64,000 nucleotides of DNA from NCBI GenBank assembly GCA_001001485.1, contig LCKO01000004.1, positions 4,761 through 68,760 of the forward strand, written 5' to 3'. Positions 26,037 through 34,876 of this stretch are shown here, in pieces. Under the pieces are notes generated by a model. The model ran no database searches. It had not been told where the DNA came from and saw nothing but the letters and a program-made list of their open reading frames with translations. The stretch comes from Candidatus Collierbacteria bacterium GW2011_GWB2_45_17. Its GTDB lineage: Bacteria; Patescibacteriota; Microgenomatia; UBA1400; MFAQ01. Both the position numbers and the translations under genes were made by a program. Each line of letters begins with the position of its first letter. The first letter of the stretch is position 1.

Positions 26037-27459
26037 ATTTGCCAAAAAAATTGTTGAGGAAAAGAAGAGTACGGAAGGGATTGGAGATACTTATGTTTTG
26101 GGACACAACGATAAATTTGAGTATGCCTATAAATCTGCTAAAGGTATAAGTGAAGCGAGAGTTAGAGAGATTTCGGCGCTGAAAGAAGAGCCGGAGTGGA
26201 TGCTAGAGATCCGCTTGAAAGCTTTGAAGATCTTTTTTGAGAAGAAAATGCCGGAATGGGGTGGGGATATGTCCAAGATAAATTTTGATGAAATTTATTA
26301 TTATTTGAAGCCACTTAATAAACCCGGTAAAACTTGGGATGAGGTACCCGCAGAAATAAAAGCCACCTTTGAAAAGATTGGAGTACCGCAAGCAGAAAGA
26401 GAGGCGCTCGCGGGAGTAAAAAGCCAGTACGACTCGGAAGTGATTTATGGATCTCTTCGGAAAAGTCTGTCTGACAAGGGAGTAGTTTTCTTGGGAATGG
26501 ACGAGGGACTTAAACAATATCCAGACTTAGTCAAAGAATATTTTGGCAAAGTAATTCCGATGGGAGACAACAAATTGGCGGCATTAAATACTGCCGCTTG
26601 GTCGGGAGGGTCCTTTGTCTATGTTCCCAAAGGAGTAGATGTAGAACTTCCCCTACAAACATATTTCCGAATCAACAGCGAGAACGCAGGACAGTTTGAA
26701 AGAACTTTGATCATCTTAGACGAAGGGGCGAATTTGCACTATATCGAAGGTTGTAGTGCATCCAGTTATTCTTCTGGATCGCTACATGCGGCAGTGGTGG
26801 AGATATTTGTGAAGAAAGGAGCCAAAATGCAGTACACTACGGTCCAAAATTGGTACAAAAATGTTTATAACTTGGTAACCAAGAGAGCGTGGGTGGAGGA
26901 GGAAGGGTTGATGAGATGGATAGACGGAAACTTGGGAAGTAAATTAACTCAAAAATATCCTTGTTGTATCTTGGCCGGGAGAAAGGCTAGAGGTGAAATC
27001 CTCTCGATTGCTTGGGCTGGGGCTGACCAACACCAAGACACCGGAGCAAAGATGATTCATTTGGCGCCAGAGACCACTTCGCAAATTTTGTCGAAGTCAA
27101 TTAGTAAGGGTGGAGGAAGAGCGACTTATCGGGGTTTGGTACAGATAAATAAAGGAGCCAAAGGGGCGAGATCCAAAGTGGTTTGTGATGCGCTGATACT
27201 TGACTCTAAGTCGAGGTCGGACACTTACCCGACAAATAAAATTATGGAGAATGAGTCAACGCTGGAGCATGAAGCGGTGGTGAGCAGAATATCGGAGGAT
27301 CAACTTTTCTATTTGATGTCCCGAGGAATTTCGGAGCATGAAGCGGAAGGGATGATTGTCAATGGGTTTCTTGAACCAGTGATGAGAGAGGTGCCGTTTG
27401 AGTACGCAATTGAGATGAACAGATTAGTTAATTTGGAGATGGAAGGGAGTGTGGGATGA
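26029..27459 (+). CDS. sufB: Fe-S cluster assembly protein SufB
   Basis: Full-length SufB-like; ILDEGANLHYIEGCSA and KISKGGGRATYRGLVQI motifs. Confidence 0.9.
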   Translation: MSRFAKKIVEEKKSTEGIGDTYVLGHNDKFEYAYKSAKGISEARVREISALKEEPEWMLEIRLKALKIFFEKKMPEWGGDMSKINFDEIYYYLKPLNKPGKTWDEVPAEIKATFEKIGVPQAEREALAGVKSQYDSEVIYGSLRKSLSDKGVVFLGMDEGLKQYPDLVKEYFGKVIPMGDNKLAALNTAAWSGGSFVYVPKGVDVELPLQTYFRINSENAGQFERTLIILDEGANLHYIEGCSASSYSSGSLHAAVVEIFVKKGAKMQYTTVQNWYKNVYNLVTKRAWVEEEGLMRWIDGNLGSKLTQKYPCCILAGRKARGEILSIAWAGADQHQDTGAKMIHLAPETTSQILSKSISKGGGRATYRGLVQINKGAKGARSKVVCDALILDSKSRSDTYPTNKIMENESTLEHEAVVSRISEDQLFYLMSRGISEHEAEGMIVNGFLEPVMREVPFEYAIEMNRLVNLEMEGSVG

Positions 27460-27965
27460 AAAAAAGAACTCAAGGAATCAAGGACTCAAGAACTCAAGAT
27501 GTTGAGAGATTTCTGGTTACAGAGCCGGGGAAGTATGAGTATGAAGTTATTATGGATGAGTTGAATAGTGAGAAAGATCTTTTGGGAATTATAAAGGCAG
27601 AAACCGAGGGAGATTATGAAATAAATCTGTTATCGAGACATGAGGTGGGGAAGACAAAATGTCGAGTAGAAGTCAAAGGAATTGTTTCTAATGGGGCAAG
27701 AGTAAAAGTTAAAGGTCGGGTAAAAATAGACGAGGGAGCTATAGGATCAGATAGTTTTTTGGCCATGAAACTCTTGATGTTGGATAATCGAAGTTTGGCA
27801 GTGGCTGAACCGGAACTAGAAATTGAGAATAATGAAGTCAAAGCCAGTCACAGTGCCAGTGTGGGAAGAATAGACGAAGAACAACTATTTTACTTAGCCA
27901 CTCGTGGAGTTTCTAAATCTGAAGCAGAAAAGTTAATAATTAAAGGCTTCTTGGGGGTAGAATAA
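27456..27965 (+). CDS. sufD: Short SufD-like (SufB/D C-terminal core) protein
   Basis: C-terminal SufBD beta-helix plus HSASVGRIDEEQLFYLATRGVSKSEAEKLIIKGFL. The N-terminal 15 codons are the 8-bp-period repeat (KKRTQGIKDSRTQD). Confidence 0.6.
   Translation: MKKRTQGIKDSRTQDVERFLVTEPGKYEYEVIMDELNSEKDLLGIIKAETEGDYEINLLSRHEVGKTKCRVEVKGIVSNGARVKVKGRVKIDEGAIGSDSFLAMKLLMLDNRSLAVAEPELEIENNEVKASHSASVGRIDEEQLFYLATRGVSKSEAEKLIIKGFLGVE
27462..27505 (+). repeat. 8-bp-period A-rich tandem repeat (gaactcaa ggaatcaa ggactcaa gaactcaa) forming the 5' end of sufD
   Basis: Period-8 units visible directly in the sequence; same family as 29342, 58306 and 60931. Confidence 0.75.
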
Positions 27966-27969
27966 GAAT

Positions 27970-29214
27970 ATGTTGGATGTACAGAAAATTAGGGAGGAGT
28001 TTCCGATACTAAAGCGGAAGATTAATGGACATGATTTGGTGTACTTGGATAGTGGGGCGACGAGTCAGAAACCGGAGAGTGTCTTGAGGGCGATGGATGA
28101 TTATTATCGGAATAATAACGCTAACATTCATCGAGGGGTCTATGACATGTCAGTAGAGTCAACCAGAATGGTGGATGAGGCCAGAGAGAAAGTAGCGAAA
28201 TTTATCGGGGCTAGGACAGAAGAAATAATTTTTACCAGGAATGCGAGTGAATCGCTTAATTTGGTGATGTATTCGTGGGGAAAGAAAAATATTAAAGAAG
28301 GCGACGCTGTTTTGGTGACTCGCTTAGAGCATCACTCGAACTTTGTGCCTTGGCAAGTACTTTGCAAAGAAAATAAGGCGGAGTTTAGAGTTTGGAATGT
28401 TGATAGGGAGGGGAGGTTAGTGGATGAGATTGCTTCGGTTCGGAGTACCGAAACTCGCAATGACGGGAAGGTGAAGTTGATTGCGATGACGGGAGCGAGT
28501 AACGCAATTGGGACCTTGGTGGATATTAAGAAGATGGTGGAGATGGTGAGGAGTAAGAATCCTGATGTAGTGGTAGTTTTGGATGCGTCGCAGATGGTGC
28601 CGCACATGAAGGTGGATGTTTCCAAATTGCCAGTGGACTTTGTAGCTTTTTCGGGACACAAGATGCTGGGGCCAACAGGGGTTGGGGTATTGTGGGGCAA
28701 AAAAGAAGTTCTAAACAAAATGGAGCCATTCTTGTATGGTGGGGACATGATTGGAGAAGTAGGGCTGGAAAGTACGACTTGGGGAGAGTTGCCCAATAAA
28801 TTTGAAGCGGGAACACCAGACATTGCCGGAATAATTGGCTTGGGGGCGGCGGTAGATTATTTGGAAAGTTTGGGAATGGATAATGTCAGAGAGCATGAAA
28901 AAGAGCTGATTGGATATGCTTTGGAGAAGTTTAAGGAATTGGGAGATTTGGTAACAGTATATGGAGTAGATAATGTGGAGGAGAAAGGCGGGGCTTTGGC
29001 GTTTAATGTGAAAGGGGTTCATGCTCATGATGTGGCGCAGGTTTTGAACAACTATGGAATTGCGGTACGATCTGGACAGCATTGTGCCGCTCCACTGGTG
29101 ACCAGTTTTGGAGTGTCGGCGATGGTGAGGGCGACTTTTTATATTTACAATACTAAAGAAGAAATTGATTATTTGGTAGAAAAATTGAAAGAAGTACCAA
29201 AAGTGTTTGCTTAA
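27970..29214 (+). CDS. sufS: Cysteine desulfurase SufS
   Basis: Class V aminotransferase; PLP lysine region FSGHKMLGPTGVGVL, active-site Cys in RSGQHCA; carries the 22-nt repeat (28441-28466) in frame. Confidence 0.9.
   Translation: MLDVQKIREEFPILKRKINGHDLVYLDSGATSQKPESVLRAMDDYYRNNNANIHRGVYDMSVESTRMVDEAREKVAKFIGARTEEIIFTRNASESLNLVMYSWGKKNIKEGDAVLVTRLEHHSNFVPWQVLCKENKAEFRVWNVDREGRLVDEIASVRSTETRNDGKVKLIAMTGASNAIGTLVDIKKMVEMVRSKNPDVVVVLDASQMVPHMKVDVSKLPVDFVAFSGHKMLGPTGVGVLWGKKEVLNKMEPFLYGGDMIGEVGLESTTWGELPNKFEAGTPDIAGIIGLGAAVDYLESLGMDNVREHEKELIGYALEKFKELGDLVTVYGVDNVEEKGGALAFNVKGVHAHDVAQVLNNYGIAVRSGQHCAAPLVTSFGVSAMVRATFYIYNTKEEIDYLVEKLKEVPKVFA
28441..28466 (+). repeat. 22-nt repeat gtaccgaaactcgcaatgacg inside sufS (encodes STETRNDG); second copy at 32962..32983 in an intergenic region
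   Basis: Exact 22-mer in both places; local hairpin ttcgg-agta-ccgaa in the sufS copy. Confidence 0.7.
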
Positions 29215-29622
29215 ATGTCGGACTACAAGGATGAAATTATTGATCACTACAAAAATCCGAGGAACTTTGGGGAATTAGAGAACGCGGATGTGACCATAAA
29301 TGAGGCGAATTCGTCATGTGGGGATGTGGTACAGATACAAATAAGAACTCTAGGAAACAAGAACTCAAGAACTCAAGATAAGGAAGATTTGGTAATAAAA
29401 GAGATGAAGTGGCGGGGGGTGGGGTGTGCGATTTCAACGGCCGCGGCCTCGATGCTGTCGGAGAAAGTGGTGGGGATGGACAAGAGAGACTTGGAAAAGT
29501 TGGGAGAAACGGGGATAATAAAGATGTTGGGTGGCGAGATAAATCCAGGTAGGATGAAGTGTGCCATGCTCGCCTATCGTGGGTTATTGAGAATATTTGA
29601 GGAAAAAAATCAAAAAATCTAA
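29215..29622 (+). CDS. sufU: SufU/IscU-like zinc-dependent sulfur transferase
   Basis: NPRNFGELENADV...CGD...GVGCAISTAAASML, the SufU motifs; contains an about 11-aa in-frame insertion (RTLGNKNSRTQD) relative to B. subtilis SufU. Confidence 0.85.
   Translation: MSDYKDEIIDHYKNPRNFGELENADVTINEANSSCGDVVQIQIRTLGNKNSRTQDKEDLVIKEMKWRGVGCAISTAAASMLSEKVVGMDKRDLEKLGETGIIKMLGGEINPGRMKCAMLAYRGLLRIFEEKNQKI
29342..29382 (+). repeat. 8-bp-period A-rich tandem repeat inserted in frame in sufU
   Basis: aagaactcta ggaaac aagaactcaa gaactcaa gat. Confidence 0.75.
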
Positions 29623-29645
29623 AAATCAAAAACTCAAAACTAAAA
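29603..29645 (+). repeat. 8-bp-period A-rich tandem repeat at the sufU 3' end / next gene 5' end
   Basis: aaaaatca aaaaatct aaaaatca aaaactca aaactaaa; supplies the last codons of sufU and the spurious N-terminal extension of the next ORF. Confidence 0.7.
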
Positions 29646-30286
29646 TGACAAATGATTGGAAATTGATTTTGAAAGTGATTGGAGGGAGCGCCTTGCTCCT
29701 TTTTGTGGTGATCTTTGGACTGTCGAAGATGGCGAGTCCAGATAGCACCCTAAAAGTAGACGAAAAAGTATTGTTGGATGGAGCAAGATTTATTAAAGAA
29801 AATGGGGAAATAAAAGTAACGGTGGTTAATTTTTCGGACATGCAGTGCCCGGCTTGTAAAGCGGCCGACATCCAGACCAGAGAGTTGTTTAGTAAGCCGG
29901 GAGTAAAGATTGTGACGAGACTTTTTCCCCTGCCAGCCAATTTACACCCTTATGCGCTGATTTCAGCTAAAGCGGTAGAGACAGCCCGAATCTTAGGGAA
30001 GGGATGGGAAATGATGACTCTGTTGTATGAAAAGCAAACGGAATGGTCGGCAGTGGACAAACCGGAAGAAAAATTTGCCGAGTATGTGAAGAGTCTGGGA
30101 TTGGATGAAAAAATATTTTTGGAAATGTTAGGTTCCAAGGAGGTGAAAGATAACGTTCAAAGAGACGCCGATTTGGCGGCTTCACTAAGGCTTTCCGGAA
30201 CCCCAACATTTTTTGTCAACGGAGAGCAAGTGGGGGCGCCATTCGTGGTCGGAAAGGTTAAGGAGCTTTTGGGAGAAAAACCATGA
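29645..30286 (+). CDS. DsbA-family thioredoxin-fold thiol:disulfide oxidoreductase, membrane-anchored
   Basis: CPAC active site in VNFSDMQCPACKAAD; N-terminal TM anchor. Start set to MTNDW (29645); the ORF-track start 29597 reads into the repeat. Confidence 0.7.
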   Translation: MTNDWKLILKVIGGSALLLFVVIFGLSKMASPDSTLKVDEKVLLDGARFIKENGEIKVTVVNFSDMQCPACKAADIQTRELFSKPGVKIVTRLFPLPANLHPYALISAKAVETARILGKGWEMMTLLYEKQTEWSAVDKPEEKFAEYVKSLGLDEKIFLEMLGSKEVKDNVQRDADLAASLRLSGTPTFFVNGEQVGAPFVVGKVKELLGEKP

Positions 30287-30969
30287 TTAATATACCGATA
30301 CTGACGGCAACCGCTTTGGCTAACGGACTGAACCCTTGCGGTATTGGAATGCTGATTACTTTTTTGGGATACTTGTTGGTTTTTGGTAGGAAAGGAAGAG
30401 ACAGGAGTTGGTTGTTAAAAACAGGAATGATTTACATTGGCAGTGTTTTTGTGACCTACCTTGTTTTGGGATTGATGTTTTATCAGGTAGCTTTTTACAT
30501 GCAGAGGTGGTGGTTGGCAGGAGTGTTCAAACAAATTCTTGGAGGCGTGATTGTTATCGCCGGACTAATACAGTTGAAAGATGTATTTTGGCAAGACGCA
30601 CCCTTTCATCTGAGAATGCCAAAGATGGGTTTTGAAAAGATCAATAAATTGATGGCCAAGACCAGTTCCGGAGTGACGGTCTTGATTGGAGTATTGACGA
30701 CGATTTTTGCCACTCCATGTATGTTGCCCCTTTATGTGGGAACTACGGCTGTGATCGCCAGATCGGGATTGTCCATGACGGCGGTGCTTGGCTATTTCCT
30801 TTACTATAATTTGATTTTTATTATGCCGCTGATAATTATATTGACGGTGATGGTAGGGGGGAAACAGGTGGTGGAAATGAAAGAGTGGGAACATAAAAAT
30901 ACTGCTTGGATGAGATTTGTTTTGGGGACGGCTTTGGTGGTGATGGGAATAATAATATTTCTTAGATAA
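30283..30969 (+). CDS. CcdA/DsbD-family transmembrane thiol-disulfide electron transporter-like protein
   Basis: Conserved Cys in TM1 (GLNPCGIGML) and TM4 (FATPCMLPLYVG); adjacent to and overlapping the DsbA-like gene. Confidence 0.55.
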   Translation: MINIPILTATALANGLNPCGIGMLITFLGYLLVFGRKGRDRSWLLKTGMIYIGSVFVTYLVLGLMFYQVAFYMQRWWLAGVFKQILGGVIVIAGLIQLKDVFWQDAPFHLRMPKMGFEKINKLMAKTSSGVTVLIGVLTTIFATPCMLPLYVGTTAVIARSGLSMTAVLGYFLYYNLIFIMPLIIILTVMVGGKQVVEMKEWEHKNTAWMRFVLGTALVVMGIIIFLR

Positions 30970-31677
30970 ATGTCTCCAAAAAAACTAATCGGGAAGGTTG
31001 AGTTTAGGGAAAATTTGGCTGGACAAAATTATCTGGTTCGAATCGAATTTGACGAAAAAGTAGATTTTACTCCAGGGCAGTATGTCAGCCTGAAAGTAAA
31101 TAGCGAGGGCTTGAGACGGTCATACTCGGTGGCCAGTTTACCCGAAGAGAAGAGTATCGATGTTCTGGTGGACACAACACCGATGGGAGTGGGATCAAAG
31201 TATATCTTGGGACTCAGAGTTGGTGATGAAGTGGAAGTGTTGGGATTTTTGGGAAATTTTATAATTGACTTTCAAGCCACAGAGAAGGCCAGACACATCA
31301 TGTTTTTGGCTACCGGAACGGGAATCGCTCCGCTGAAGCCAATGATTGAAGATTTGCTATATAAAAGGAGTTTTATCGGAGAGATGAGGCTTGTTTGGGG
31401 AGTGCGACATGAAACGGATCTCTATTGGCTTAAAGAAATGGATAATCTAAACCGCGATTATGATAATTTTAAATTTGATATTGTATTGTCTCAACCAACG
31501 GAGGATTGGCCTGGGTTTAGAGGTCACTTGGGAGGGTTGGTGAACGAGCTGACACAAGACTGGAGTAAGACCTTGGTGTATCTATGTGGTTCACGCGAAA
31601 TGATTGTTGAGATGGAAAAGAGGTTAAAAGAAAAAGGAGTACCCGAAGAACAGATTCATTATGAGAAGTATTACTGA
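30970..31677 (+). CDS. FAD/NAD(P)-binding oxidoreductase (ferredoxin-NADP reductase / PyrK-like)
   Basis: RRSYSVAS (RxYS FAD motif), MFLATGTGIAPLKPMI (NAD(P) motif), YLCGSREMI. Confidence 0.7.
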   Translation: MSPKKLIGKVEFRENLAGQNYLVRIEFDEKVDFTPGQYVSLKVNSEGLRRSYSVASLPEEKSIDVLVDTTPMGVGSKYILGLRVGDEVEVLGFLGNFIIDFQATEKARHIMFLATGTGIAPLKPMIEDLLYKRSFIGEMRLVWGVRHETDLYWLKEMDNLNRDYDNFKFDIVLSQPTEDWPGFRGHLGGLVNELTQDWSKTLVYLCGSREMIVEMEKRLKEKGVPEEQIHYEKYY

Positions 31678-31976
31678 TGATGATTGAAGAAAAAATTCGT
31701 GAGGCTTTGAAAAATGTAATTGATCCGGAATTGGGCGTAAGCATAGTTGATCTGGGTCTCATCTATGATGTTCGATATGAGGCAGGGGAAGCCGAAATAG
31801 AGATGACACTTACTAGCCCAGGTTGCCCCCTGGCAGGGGTAATTGATAAGAAGGTGAGAGAAGTGATGAAGGAAGTACCGGAGATTAAAAACGTCACCAT
31901 AGAACTGGTGTGGGATCCGCCTTGGAGTACCGGAGCGATGTCGGAAGAGCTGAGGGCGGAGCTTGGTATAGACTAA
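31677..31976 (+). CDS. sufT: DUF59/MIP18-family Fe-S assembly protein (SufT-like)
   Basis: VIDPELGVSIVDLGLIYDV...TLTSPGCPLA. Confidence 0.75.
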   Translation: MMIEEKIREALKNVIDPELGVSIVDLGLIYDVRYEAGEAEIEMTLTSPGCPLAGVIDKKVREVMKEVPEIKNVTIELVWDPPWSTGAMSEELRAELGID

Positions 31977-31979
31977 ATT

Positions 31980-32912
31980 ATGGAAAATACAATTAATAAT
32001 ATGGTCGTTGAAGATGAGTTTAAACATGGGGAAACAACTGAATTCGTGGTTGCAAGAGGATCTCGATCGCTAGAGGAAGTGAATGGAAGGTTGGGCTACA
32101 AATATGGCAAAAAAAATGGCTCACTTAAATCGGTCGCAAGTGAAATGTTTAGAGATATAAATAAATTTATGGCTGTGGAAGAACGTGACTGGGGAGCAGA
32201 TGTGTTGGCTGAAACGGGATTACCAGGGACGAAGGTGGTAATAGGAGGGGTCACTGTTTATTTTCATGGGATATCACACAGTCAAGGAAATGCCATAGAT
32301 AAAGGTGTTGGTAAGGAAGAGTTTGATATTTATCTCAAGGAGTGGGTGAATGATACATATTTTGATAAAAAAGAAGGCGTGGTCTTGGAGTCCGGCTTTA
32401 GGCAAGCATATCATATGAATCAGGGAGAACCGGCGGGGGAAGATACTGTAATGGATAATCTCTTCAGAGAGAGCATCGGTAGTTTGTTAATTAATACTGG
32501 AGTTGCAATTGTAATTTCTGGATTTTCGGCCATGATTCGGAGAAATAATATTGAGAGTGGGGTAATTCCCGATTTTCTAAAAAAAGTTATTGATGGCAGA
32601 AAATCAATAAAAGACTTGGTTGATTTGAGAAAATCGTTTTTTAAATTACCACAACCCTTCTGGACATTGCTTCTAGCAGAATTAGCTCCTACTCATGCTG
32701 TTGAAAAATCGATTGTTATGTATCGATTGGGTATGGATAGGGTAAAAGGAGAAAATACAATCCATTTTTTGTGCGGTCTGGATCATGAGCAACATATGGC
32801 AAAACTTGCAAAAGAAGAAGGTCTGTCACGGGTTGGAATGACAATGTTTACAAAAAAAGGTTTGGAGTTGGAAGGTAAACAGCTTTTGGAAAAAATGGTA
32901 GCAGACTCTTGA
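31980..32912 (+). CDS. Hypothetical protein
   Basis: Intact 310-aa ORF; no recognised motif. Confidence 0.35.
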   Translation: MENTINNMVVEDEFKHGETTEFVVARGSRSLEEVNGRLGYKYGKKNGSLKSVASEMFRDINKFMAVEERDWGADVLAETGLPGTKVVIGGVTVYFHGISHSQGNAIDKGVGKEEFDIYLKEWVNDTYFDKKEGVVLESGFRQAYHMNQGEPAGEDTVMDNLFRESIGSLLINTGVAIVISGFSAMIRRNNIESGVIPDFLKKVIDGRKSIKDLVDLRKSFFKLPQPFWTLLLAELAPTHAVEKSIVMYRLGMDRVKGENTIHFLCGLDHEQHMAKLAKEEGLSRVGMTMFTKKGLELEGKQLLEKMVADS

Positions 32913-32927
32913 TTATGGATTGCCACG

Positions 32928-32983
32928 GTTCGGTACCCTCTTTGGGGTATCCATAGAAGTACCGAAACTCGCAATGACGCGAA
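32928..32983. repeat. Intergenic hairpin ggttcggtac...gtaccgaaac, containing the second copy of the 22-nt repeat gtaccgaaactcgcaatgacg
   Basis: Inverted repeat of 9 bp around a 24-nt loop; the 22-mer is identical to sufS 28441-28466. Confidence 0.6.
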
Positions 32984-33000
32984 TAATGTAAGATATTGAT

Positions 33001-33468
33001 ATGAAAGTAATACTGGGGGCGGATCATGGGGGATTTGAAATTAAAGAGAAAACCAAGGTTTGGCTGGAGGAGATGGTGGACCTGCAGGGCCTGGCCCTGC
33101 AGGTGGTGGATGTGGGGAGTGAGAGGAGTGATCCGGATGATGATTATGTGGACTATGCCATGAAAGCGGTACTGGAAAGAAAAGATGATGACAGAATGAT
33201 TTTGTTTTGTCGGAATGGGATGGGGATGGCAATAACGGCGAATAAGCGAAAGGGAGTGAGGTGTGGCTTGGGGTTTGGGTCTGAAGCGGTGAGGAAGGGC
33301 AGGACGGATGATGATATCAACGCTTTGGCGATACCGGCAGACTATTCAACCGATGAGGGAGTAAGAGAAATGGTGAAAATATTTTTGACTACAGAGTTTT
33401 CTAATTCCGAGAGATATAAAGCAAGACTGGAAAAACTTAGTAAACTTGAGGCAATATGGTCACAATAG
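33001..33468 (+). CDS. rpiB: Ribose-5-phosphate isomerase B
   Basis: ILGADHGGF...CRNGMGMAITANK, the RpiB/LacAB pattern; contains a 21-nt perfect palindrome (33085-33105) encoding an inserted DLQGLALQ relative to E. coli RpiB. Confidence 0.85.
   Translation: MKVILGADHGGFEIKEKTKVWLEEMVDLQGLALQVVDVGSERSDPDDDYVDYAMKAVLERKDDDRMILFCRNGMGMAITANKRKGVRCGLGFGSEAVRKGRTDDDINALAIPADYSTDEGVREMVKIFLTTEFSNSERYKARLEKLSKLEAIWSQ
33085..33105. repeat. Perfect 21-nt palindrome ctgcagggcctggccctgcag inside the rpiB coding sequence
   Basis: Self-complementary; shares the ggcctggccct core with the REP-like elements at 39842, 41950 and 62767. Confidence 0.8.
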
Positions 33469-34169
33469 TTCCGGCAATTCTGGAAAAAGATGTTACTTCT
33501 TTTTTGGAGAAGTTTGAGAAGATAAAAGGTAGTTGTAAGCGGGTTCAAGTGGATATAATTGACGGAAAGTTTGCGCCAACAGAGACGGTGATACCGGAGA
33601 TACTACTTAATATAGACACAGTGGTAGATTTTGAAGGCCACCTTATGGTGGAAAAACCGGAAAACTGGGTGGAGAGATGCGCGGCGGCGGGTATGACGGC
33701 ACTTTACGGTCAGGTGGAAAAAATGGAAGATAGAGCCAGGTTTGTGGCCGATACAGAATTTGCAGGCATGAAAGCGGGTTTGGCTTTTGACATCGACACT
33801 CCCCTGGATGGTTTGGAAGAGATAGTTAACGATCTGGATGGAGTATTGCTGATGGGGGTAAAAGCGGGCAGTCAGGGGGTACAGGAATTTGACGCGCGAG
33901 TGCTGGCTAAGATCAAGAAAGTGAGAGCGATGAGTGAATTTGTGACCATTGTGGTTGACGGCGGGCTGAAGGTAGAGAATATTAAAAAGTGTTTGGCGGC
34001 GGAGTGGGCGGAAGAGATAGTTGAGGATGAGTTTAACAAAAGTTTTTTGGGAATGGAGTTTGTGGTGGGAAGTGATTTGTTTGAGGCGCCTGATGTCGCG
34101 GTTGAGTTGGAGAGATTGGAATACTTGACGGAAAAAAATCCTCTGGATTCCGGATCAAGTCCGGAATGA
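33456..34169 (+). CDS. rpe: Ribulose-phosphate 3-epimerase
   Basis: IVPAILEKDV..., VQVDIIDGKFAP, HLMVEKPENW, the Rpe TIM-barrel motifs. Confidence 0.85.
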   Translation: MVTIVPAILEKDVTSFLEKFEKIKGSCKRVQVDIIDGKFAPTETVIPEILLNIDTVVDFEGHLMVEKPENWVERCAAAGMTALYGQVEKMEDRARFVADTEFAGMKAGLAFDIDTPLDGLEEIVNDLDGVLLMGVKAGSQGVQEFDARVLAKIKKVRAMSEFVTIVVDGGLKVENIKKCLAAEWAEEIVEDEFNKSFLGMEFVVGSDLFEAPDVAVELERLEYLTEKNPLDSGSSPE

Positions 34170-34231
34170 CAAGGGTGATGGAGTGAGATTCCTCGACGTT
34201 GCTCGGAATGACGGTGTAGTATAGTTGGGGT

Positions 34232-34855
34232 ATGGCATTTAAGAATTTGAAAGCGGTGACTATTTTTGGATTTGCGGACTGTCAACCAGCCGATCCTCTG
34301 TACAAAGAGACGGTGGAAGTAACCAGGCTTTTGGCTCAGAACGGACTGGAGATCGTTAATGGGGGAGGGCCTGGGGTGATGAGGGCGGCCACAGACGGAG
34401 CTCATGAAGGGGGAGGAGTAGCTTCGGTGGCTACATTTTATCCAAAGTTTATTGAAAATTTTGAAGGAAAAGATCCGCAAAATAAAGCGGATAAAGAGAT
34501 CATCATGAATAACTATGTTGATAGAACCATGAAACTCTTGGAGCTCGGTGATGCTTACGTCATCTTTAACGGAGGAACCGGAACTTTGTCAGAGCTAGGG
34601 ATGGCTTGGGGACTGGCTTATTTGTACTTTGGCCATCACAAACCGCTGATTTTGTATGGTGGTTTTTGGTATCCGATAATTGAAGAATTGGTTAAGAACA
34701 TGAGAATCGGTTCTAGGCCGGGAGCCTTGAGAGTTTATAAAATAGCGACCACGCCGGAGCAGGTTTTGGAGTATCTAAATGAGTTTGATTTGGAAATGCC
34801 TCCTAGGACTGAGATAAAAGATGACTTGAGTGGAGAGAAGGCGTTTATTGAGTAG
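34232..34855 (+). CDS. LOG-family protein (TIGR00730; cytokinin riboside 5'-monophosphate phosphoribohydrolase-like)
   Basis: VNGGGPGVMRAATDGA and FNGGTGTLSELGMAW (PGGxGTxxE motif). Confidence 0.8.
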   Translation: MAFKNLKAVTIFGFADCQPADPLYKETVEVTRLLAQNGLEIVNGGGPGVMRAATDGAHEGGGVASVATFYPKFIENFEGKDPQNKADKEIIMNNYVDRTMKLLELGDAYVIFNGGTGTLSELGMAWGLAYLYFGHHKPLILYGGFWYPIIEELVKNMRIGSRPGALRVYKIATTPEQVLEYLNEFDLEMPPRTEIKDDLSGEKAFIE

Positions 34856-34876
34856 GTGGTTTGGTAAGATGGAGGT

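Noticed and set aside
28332-29247. Several minus-strand ORFs overlapping sufS and sufU (28332..28823, 28417..28659, 28526..28816, 28711..29247, 29237..29629)
   Set aside because: They are antisense to the conserved suf genes. They have no motifs and are P/S/H-rich low-complexity translations.
33872-34480. Minus-strand ORF 33872..34480 spanning the rpe 3' end and the LOG gene 5' end
   Set aside because: It overlaps two well-supported plus-strand genes and has low-complexity, Ser-rich content.
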